A DNA stretch of 64,000 nucleotides. Origin: Chthonomonadales bacterium. Lineage in GTDB: Bacteria > Armatimonadota > Chthonomonadetes > Chthonomonadales > Chthonomonadaceae. Below, in pieces: positions 57,809 through 64,000 of the stretch (position 1 is the stretch's first letter; the number at the start of each line of letters is the position of its first letter). The notes under the pieces are model-generated. The model saw only the letters and a list, made by a program, of their open reading frames with translations, did not search any database and was not told the DNA's origin. Location of the stretch: assembly GCA_038217285.1 (NCBI GenBank), contig JBBQPO010000002.1, forward strand, positions 11,483-75,482, read 5' to 3'. The translations under genes were made by a program, and so were the position numbers.

Positions 57809-60265
57809 CTATTCATTCTCGCCTGGTGGGGCTTTGTGCTGGCGGCAGCGATGCATCTTCGCCGCAAGCGCCGCCGCAATACGCACCGTCTTGGTTTCGT
57901 TGCACCACTTCCCGGCGAGGTCGCCGCTCTCCACGCAGATACGGACACTGACCATCTCCAGGGCCGCTGGCGGGGGAGTGCGCGTGGGTGGCGGTGCGGA
58001 AACGCGAGGCGTCGGGGTGACCTCAGCGGTTCCCTCCCCGGTAGCAGGCTTGCTGTTATCGGGCGGCAGTGGGTCTTCCGGCAGAGGAGGCGTCGTGTCG
58101 CCCGTATCCGCCGGGTTCTGTGTGGGGACGCCGCTGGAACCGGGAATATCCGCGTTTTCAGCCGGGACCGGCGCCGTCGGCTTGACCACAGGCTTTTTCA
58201 CACGCGGGCGCGGTTTGGGCTTATCGCCCTCTGCGCCCTGATTCGGGTCTACGGGCGGGAACGGTTCTGTAGAGGCGATCAGCCGGAACTTCCGCTCTTC
58301 CGGCACCGCTTTCAGCATGAAGTCGTGCCAGATCGGGGCGCAGACCGTGCCTCCGAACGCGCCCGGCATCTCTCTGTAGACGTAGTGCTTCGTCTTCTTG
58401 CCGACCATCGCGACATTGGTCACCCAGATCGCTGTCGTCAGTTCCGGCGTATACCCGACAAACCAGACATCACGACTGTCGTTCGTCGTTCCCGTCTTGC
58501 CACGAGCGTTCTCAATGATGCCCGTCTTTTCATTACCACGCGCCGCCACGCCCGTTCCGTACTGCACGACCGCATCGAACGCTTTGTTCATCTGATCCAC
58601 TGTACTCTGCTTGAGGATCTCCGTCTCGACATCCGGCGTGTTCTCTTCAATAAGGTTGCCGTTGGCATCACTGATCCGCACAACCGACATGGGATGCGCC
58701 CGGCTGCCGTTCATGGGGAAAATGGTGTAGGCGGAACAGATGTCGAGAGGCCGCACGGCGCTCGCACCGATGGCCGTCGGCAGGTAGGGGTCTAGATGCG
58801 TGGTGATTCCCATCTTATGCGCGTACTGGATAACTACCCGGATTCCGACCTTATAGGCGACCTGTACTGCGACCGAGTTCGACGACTTGGCAATGGCTGT
58901 CGTCAGGTCGAGCGTCTGATTGGTTTCGCCTTTGACGCCGCGATGCTTCGGATCACCGGGATAGGCAAAATAGGTGTCGGAGAGCGAGTCGTCGAGTTTA
59001 AACGTGTCTGTATCGAAGGCCGCGCAGTAGACAAAGGCTTTGAAGGCGGAACCGGGCTGCCGTCGGCCCTGCGTGATGGCGTTGTAGCGGCTGGTGCGGT
59101 AGTCGCGCCCGCCGACCATCGCCCGGATGTAACCCGTCTTATTGTCCAGCGAAACGACTGCACCCTGGTTTGCGCCGTTGTTGGCGTTCTTGATTCCCTG
59201 TTCCAGCGCCTGCTCGGCCATCCCCTGCATCTTGAAGTTGAGGGTCGTCTCGATCCGCAGGCCGCTGTAGAGGTAGTCCGCGCCGTACTTTTTGCGAACC
59301 GATTCCAGAACGTAGGTCGTGAAATAAGGAGCCTTGAATATCTGAAGTTTGTGGTCCGGCTGTGCGATGAGGTTGGGCGTCTCGGCCTTTGCCTCTTCGC
59401 ACTCCGCCGGGCGAATGTAGCCGTAGGTCTGCATGGCGTTCAGCACTTCGTCACGCCGTTTCAGGGCGGCTTTGAGATGATCGAAGGGGGTGAACTTGCT
59501 CGGACGCTGTGGCAGACCGGCGAGCAGCGCGGCCTCGGAGAGCGTGAGTTTGCTGGCGTGTTTGCCGAAATAGGTCTGCGAAGAGGCTTCGATGCCATAC
59601 GCCCCGGAGCCGTAGTAGACGTTGTTCAGATAGAGCTGGAGTATTTCGCGCTTGGAATAGATCTGCTCCATCCGCAGGGCGATCAGGGCCTCGCGAATTT
59701 TACGGGAGTATTTCTTATCGCCCGACAGGCCAAAGCGGTTGTCCTGCTTCGCTTCGGGATTGAGGGACTGCGAGACTTCCGGCTGGCGCACGAACTGCTG
59801 GGTAAGTGTACTGGCTCCCTGGTGCAGGCCGCTGCCCCGCAGGTTCGCCACAATCGCCCGCCCGATGCCCTGAACATCAATTCCCGGATGATCCCAGAAG
59901 CGGTGATCTTCGATGGCGACAGTGGCGTTGATAAGATTTTTCGGCACCTGATCAAGCGCGACCGGCTGCTGATTGACGACATCCAGCTTCGCGAGTTGAA
60001 CGCCGTCCTCTGTCCAGACCGTCGTCGGCACCGGCCCCTTGATTTCGGCGGTGACGGCCTCGATGCTGGGCAGTTCCGCCGAGAATCGCCAGAAGATGAC
60101 CAGGAATCCCACCAGACCGACCGCGATGAGCGTCAGCGTCGTCAGCAAGACCAGTGCGAGGAAGGTCTTGAAACGCTTGCGGGGACTGCTCAGAGTGACG
60201 GTGCGTCGGGTGCGTGTACGGGTACCGGACGGTCTGGCTGTGGATCGGGAAATACGGTTCGCCAT
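57809..60265 (-). CDS. Class A penicillin-binding protein (PBP1A family)
   Basis: EDHRFWDH.G, GASTLTQQ, RKIRE; SAFK, SSN, KTGT; Pro-rich tail. Confidence 0.95.
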   Translation of the reverse strand: MANRISRSTARPSGTRTRTRRTVTLSSPRKRFKTFLALVLLTTLTLIAVGLVGFLVIFWRFSAELPSIEAVTAEIKGPVPTTVWTEDGVQLAKLDVVNQQPVALDQVPKNLINATVAIEDHRFWDHPGIDVQGIGRAIVANLRGSGLHQGASTLTQQFVRQPEVSQSLNPEAKQDNRFGLSGDKKYSRKIREALIALRMEQIYSKREILQLYLNNVYYGSGAYGIEASSQTYFGKHASKLTLSEAALLAGLPQRPSKFTPFDHLKAALKRRDEVLNAMQTYGYIRPAECEEAKAETPNLIAQPDHKLQIFKAPYFTTYVLESVRKKYGADYLYSGLRIETTLNFKMQGMAEQALEQGIKNANNGANQGAVVSLDNKTGYIRAMVGGRDYRTSRYNAITQGRRQPGSAFKAFVYCAAFDTDTFKLDDSLSDTYFAYPGDPKHRGVKGETNQTLDLTTAIAKSSNSVAVQVAYKVGIRVVIQYAHKMGITTHLDPYLPTAIGASAVRPLDICSAYTIFPMNGSRAHPMSVVRISDANGNLIEENTPDVETEILKQSTVDQMNKAFDAVVQYGTGVAARGNEKTGIIENARGKTGTTNDSRDVWFVGYTPELTTAIWVTNVAMVGKKTKHYVYREMPGAFGGTVCAPIWHDFMLKAVPEERKFRLIASTEPFPPVDPNQGAEGDKPKPRPRVKKPVVKPTAPVPAENADIPGSSGVPTQNPADTGDTTPPLPEDPLPPDNSKPATGEGTAEVTPTPRVSAPPPTRTPPPAALEMVSVRICVESGDLAGKWCNETKTVRIAAALAAKMHRCRQHKAPPGENE

Positions 60266-60333
60266 ACTGCCATTATAGGCCAAAAAACGGGCTTCGTCAA
60301 GGGGAACGAGCCGGACACACGTTTACGCCCACA

Positions 60334-61329
60334 TCAACTTTGGGACAGACCGGTCATACGGCGGCCTGTCTGAAACGAATCGATGGCGGCATAAGCCAAC
60401 TGCAATGCCCGTCTGCCGCACTGCGCGGGAACAGGCGGGGCCTCTTTGCGCCGAAACGCAGCCAGCATGGCTTCCAGATAGGCGTCGAAAGTGCGGTGAA
60501 ATTCCCGGTCACGGTCGTTGAAATAACCTGCCTGCCAGACCTCAGCGGTCTCGCTGCCCGCTGCCTGGAAACCATAGCGCTGTACGGTGTCCTCGATGAG
60601 AATGCGGCCCTGTGTGCCGTTGATCTCGACACGATGCGTCTGTGGGTAGGCATACGAGGAGTCGTAGCTTCCGACCAGACTGCCGACCGCGCCGTTCGCA
60701 AAGCGCAGGGAGAGAACGAGGGTGCGATAGCCACCGCCCGTCTTATCCGTCATCTCTGCGGAGAGAGCCTCGATGGGGCCGCAGAGATATTCGAGCATAT
60801 CAAACCCATGACACTGAGTCTCTATCAAATTGGCATGGGGATGGTCGCTGGAGCCTGCGCCGCCGAACCGCCATGTCGCAAAGGTTATCTCGCCGAGCCT
60901 TCCGATCTGAATCGCTTCCCGTGCCATCTGCACGGGCCGGGCGTAGCGATGATTGAAGTTGATCGCGAAGAACAGACTGCGCTGGTCCGCTTCCCGCAGC
61001 AGGATGTCCGCCTCCTCCAGATTGAAGACCAGAGGCTTTTCGGCCAGCAGGGGAACTCCGGCGCGGATCACCTCCAGCGTCGGCTCGAAATGCTGCTGGT
61101 TCGGCAGGGAGAGGGTGACGAAGTCGGGCTGCTCGGCATTCAGCATCTCCGCGATAGAGAGGTAGGGTGTCGTGCCGAACTCGGCGGCGCGGCGACGAGT
61201 CTTCTCCTCCGTCCGCCCCACAATAGCGCAGAGGCGGACATCGGGCCGCTGCGACAGTGCTCGGGCGTGCTGCCGCCCCCACCCGCCTGCGCCGACTACC
61301 GCGATTTTCAGAGGGGTTGACTCGCTCAT
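60334..61329 (-). CDS. Gfo/Idh/MocA oxidoreductase
   Basis: GAGGWG, EKP, FNHRY. Confidence 0.92.
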   Translation of the reverse strand: MSESTPLKIAVVGAGGWGRQHARALSQRPDVRLCAIVGRTEEKTRRRAAEFGTTPYLSIAEMLNAEQPDFVTLSLPNQQHFEPTLEVIRAGVPLLAEKPLVFNLEEADILLREADQRSLFFAINFNHRYARPVQMAREAIQIGRLGEITFATWRFGGAGSSDHPHANLIETQCHGFDMLEYLCGPIEALSAEMTDKTGGGYRTLVLSLRFANGAVGSLVGSYDSSYAYPQTHRVEINGTQGRILIEDTVQRYGFQAAGSETAEVWQAGYFNDRDREFHRTFDAYLEAMLAAFRRKEAPPVPAQCGRRALQLAYAAIDSFQTGRRMTGLSQS

Positions 61330-62348
61330 GGCTCGATAACCACCTTCCCGGTCTGGCCTCCGAAGAACAGTTCAAACGCCTCCTGAAGGCGTTCGAGGGG
61401 GAAGCGGTGCGTGATGATCTGGTTCAGATAGGCGCGATGCGTTCGCAGGCGTTCCAGATTGGCGGGCAGGGCGTCGAAACGGAAATACTCGCTGCCCAGA
61501 ACGGCCCGCTCCGGCGCGATAAGCTGCCGCGAGACCTCCACACTCAATCCCTCGCCATGCCCCACGCAGACCAAGATGCCGCTCCGCCCGAGACTCTCCA
61601 GACAGGACTGCCGCGCCACGCCCTTGCCACTCGTATCTATCGCCATGTCCGCGCCCGCCCAGCCCTGTCGTTTCACCGCCTCTTCCAGCGTGGTTTCCGC
61701 CAGCAGAACAGGCAGCCCGCCAAGCCGTTCCGCCAGATCCAGACGGAACGGCACCACATCGGCAATCAGAACGGGAAAGTTCTCGCCGAACAGAATCTTC
61801 GCCATCGCCAGCACACCAAGACCTATCGGCCCTGCGCCCGTAATCGCCAACGTAGCGGCATCAGGAAAGACCCGCAGACCGCGTTCAATGGCATGGCTGC
61901 CCGTTCCCATGATATCGAGCAGAAGCGTGGCCTCCGTCGCGGAGATGTCCGGGCCGGTTGGAAAGAAGTTCGTCTCATGGACAAGTTCGTAGGGCGCATA
62001 GCCCCCATCCCTATTGAACCCCATATCCCCGCGCCTGGCGAGGCACAGGTTCGTTGCCCCTCGCCGACAGGAGCGGCATTCTCCACAAAAATCCATGAGA
62101 AACACCGCGCCCGGCGTCCCGACTGCCGTCTGGGTGTCCGGCCCCGTCGCCACGACTACGCCCGCCGCCTCATGCCCCGGCGTCACCGGCGCTCCGCGCA
62201 GAAACTGTCCGCGCTCTGAACCACACAGCGCGTTCGCCCCCACCCGTATTAAAAGCTGCCCCGTCTGTGGCACAGGGACAGGCTTCTCGCCAACCTCGAT
62301 TCTTCCCTCTCCCACAAACACCGGCACACGCATACGCTCCGCTATCAT
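61326..62348 (-). CDS. Zn-dependent alcohol dehydrogenase-family protein
   Basis: CGSE, GHEAAG, CGECRSC...C, GAGPIG. Confidence 0.92.
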   Translation of the reverse strand: MIAERMRVPVFVGEGRIEVGEKPVPVPQTGQLLIRVGANALCGSERGQFLRGAPVTPGHEAAGVVVATGPDTQTAVGTPGAVFLMDFCGECRSCRRGATNLCLARRGDMGFNRDGGYAPYELVHETNFFPTGPDISATEATLLLDIMGTGSHAIERGLRVFPDAATLAITGAGPIGLGVLAMAKILFGENFPVLIADVVPFRLDLAERLGGLPVLLAETTLEEAVKRQGWAGADMAIDTSGKGVARQSCLESLGRSGILVCVGHGEGLSVEVSRQLIAPERAVLGSEYFRFDALPANLERLRTHRAYLNQIITHRFPLERLQEAFELFFGGQTGKVVIEP

Positions 62349-62393
62349 TGCTCTCTCCAGGTCTCGTATGGCAAACAGGTAGTTCGCAGCAGG

Positions 62394-63200
62394 TTACTCA
62401 CTCTGCTTATCAGCGGCACGGAGCAACTGATCCTCGTCTCCGGCCTTTGGGCGAGAGGGCGACGTAGGGAGTAACAGCCCGAAGGAGGCGCTGCTGGGCC
62501 GCAGCAGGGTGCGGGACGGACGCATCGCGTGGTGTCTGGTAAGGATTGTTGCCTTGCAATCCGCAACCATCCTCCGCAATTGCTGCTGGGCGAGGGCGTC
62601 TTTTCGGAGTTCCCAGACGCAGATTTTCCAGAGCGTCTGGTCCAGTTCCGCGAAACAGGCAGGCGTTCCCAACTCCGCAACTACTTTCAACAGCAATCGG
62701 CGATCCTCGGTATCCAGATCATACGCGGTCATTCGGATCAGGCTGGGAAGTCGCGGCCCGGTAATTGCAAGAGGTGATAGGTCTTTCTGTGCCCGAAGTA
62801 TCTGGAGGGCGCGTTCACGAAAAAGCGTCTCTTTCTCTTTGAGTTCACGGTGGGAGCTGTTGGCGAAACTGTCGCTATAGGCGACCAGTATCGGCACTGC
62901 CGCGACGGAATTCGTCGCCAGAAGCGTGTCCAGATCGCGAGTATCCAGCTTCATGCCCCGGGAGATGACGATAGTCAGCACGAATGCACAGCCGCCAAAA
63001 ATGCCCGCCGCAACCGGGAGGAAGTTCGGAAAGAACAGCGACATGTTCATCACCGCAGGCAGCACACAGCCAGTCACCGCTGCCAAGGACGACAGCAGAG
63101 CCATCAGCAGTTTCCCGAGGTTGCGATCTCGCCAGAGCAGGCGTGATTCCATCCTTCGGATGATAGCTTCTTCATACCGAACTGCTTTTGTTGTCATCAT
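62394..63200 (-). CDS. Hypothetical membrane protein
   Basis: Two N-terminal TM helices; AAAGGAGG RBS. Confidence 0.7.
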   Translation of the reverse strand: MMTTKAVRYEEAIIRRMESRLLWRDRNLGKLLMALLSSLAAVTGCVLPAVMNMSLFFPNFLPVAAGIFGGCAFVLTIVISRGMKLDTRDLDTLLATNSVAAVPILVAYSDSFANSSHRELKEKETLFRERALQILRAQKDLSPLAITGPRLPSLIRMTAYDLDTEDRRLLLKVVAELGTPACFAELDQTLWKICVWELRKDALAQQQLRRMVADCKATILTRHHAMRPSRTLLRPSSASFGLLLPTSPSRPKAGDEDQLLRAADKQSE

Positions 63201-63365
63201 TCCTCCTTTCGTCAGTTTACCCCGTGTTGCTTCGGTATCGTGCGCTCGTCTGGAAGCCTGTCCGGAGAATTCCCTCCCTTTCCTCTCTTGTTGCGATTAC
63301 GCAGGTCGAAGCAATACGGCACCAACGATAGGACCTATTCACAAGCAATAAAATAAAAACCAACG

Positions 63366-63395
63366 GGCGCACTTTCTCATAGAAGAGAGTGCGCC
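63366..63395 (-). terminator. Probable terminator for minus-strand transcription
   Basis: GGCGCACTTTCT...AGAGAGTGCGCC with an A-rich tract to its left. Confidence 0.55.
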
Positions 63396-63441
63396 AGAAC
63401 TGTTCATTTACGAATCAGCGAGAGACTAAACACGAACATAA

Positions 63442-63798
63442 TTACCGCTTGAGTTTGTAGTTCGTGAATTCGAAGGCATCATTGTCTGTGCCATCGCCAA
63501 CTCCATCACTCACACGTCGTCTGACAAGTGCGCCATCCGAAAACCAGAGAACGGCCTGATAGCCAACGCCTCCATCCCCTCCTTCAATAATAATCTTACA
63601 TCCCGCTTTCTGACGGACGACATTTACCTCAAGGATATTACCGAGATCAGACCATGCAGACACCGGACACAGCAGTTCCTTTCCCTTTTTGTCGAATACA
63701 CGCATTATGGTAATGTGACTGACTGTGTTCATCGTCACTTTTTCATGGGAGCAAGCATTGCCGAACCATTGTTCGGAAAGTACGTTGGGAACAGTCAT
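63442..63798 (-). CDS. Hypothetical protein (AT-richer DNA; start uncertain)
   Basis: 118-aa ORF followed by a terminator. Confidence 0.45.
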   Translation of the reverse strand: MTVPNVLSEQWFGNACSHEKVTMNTVSHITIMRVFDKKGKELLCPVSAWSDLGNILEVNVVRQKAGCKIIIEGGDGGVGYQAVLWFSDGALVRRRVSDGVGDGTDNDAFEFTNYKLKR

Positions 63799-64000
63799 AT
63801 TGTCTGTTTGTATGATGACATGGTAGGACTGTTTGACCGTATCGAACTTTTTAAGGCCACTTGAGCCTTTTGCAAATGTCCTAGAACAATGAGAGTTAGC
63901 ACTCCTTGTCGAATTTGGTTTTGCCGATCAAATCGATAAAGGAGCGCTAACACGATGATTTTAGCAGATATTTGGGAGACTATCTGCTCTACCCTAGTGC

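Noticed and set aside
45504-60373. Long antisense ORFs (e.g. 45504..47228, 49481..50677, 56976..58241, 58796..60373)
   Set aside because: They shadow well-supported genes on the opposite strand, as expected in GC-rich DNA, and show no motifs.

Overview
GC-rich bacterial DNA; the PEP-CTERM protein, DUF1501, tricorn protease and large BTAD/STAND regulators would fit an Armatimonadota-like organism (inference only). The window has two parts, split at a duplicated 3' half of tRNA-Lys(CTT) at 38435-38481, a likely attR. Left (1-38.5 kb) is an integrative, probably mobilisable element whose other end lies outside the window. It carries: an IS630-type transposase; a pair of AAA_35 STAND proteins (wHTH-BTAD regulator plus membrane-anchored WD40); a secreted beta-helix protein and a PEP-CTERM protein; an N-acyl-synthase-like GNAT with a stand-alone 7TM sensor and an XRE regulator; and a 14-kb array of co-oriented small-gene cassettes (MmeI-like RM enzyme, MTase-like protein, DUF932, stand-alone MutS-I, three paralogues of an unknown family) sharing one promoter architecture. 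These are followed by a SARP-ATPase-TPR regulator, a GGDEF / HORMA / unknown / Trip13-like AAA+ / unknown / VirD4-like ATPase / Replic_Relax run, and an IS5-family element. The best candidate for an undescribed system is the HORMA-Trip13 pair, normally the control module of type III CBASS: no CD-NTase is recognisable, and it sits between a diguanylate cyclase and DNA-transfer genes. Right (38.5-64 kb) is chromosomal-type DNA: tricorn protease, radC, a frameshifted sensor kinase, DUF1501, trpA, two Eis-like GNATs, an ABC-2 exporter, a 2-oxoacid dehydrogenase E2-like protein, PBP1A and oxidoreductases, plus a MITE, REP-like repeats and a candidate structured small RNA. All family calls are from motifs recognised by eye; no searches were run.
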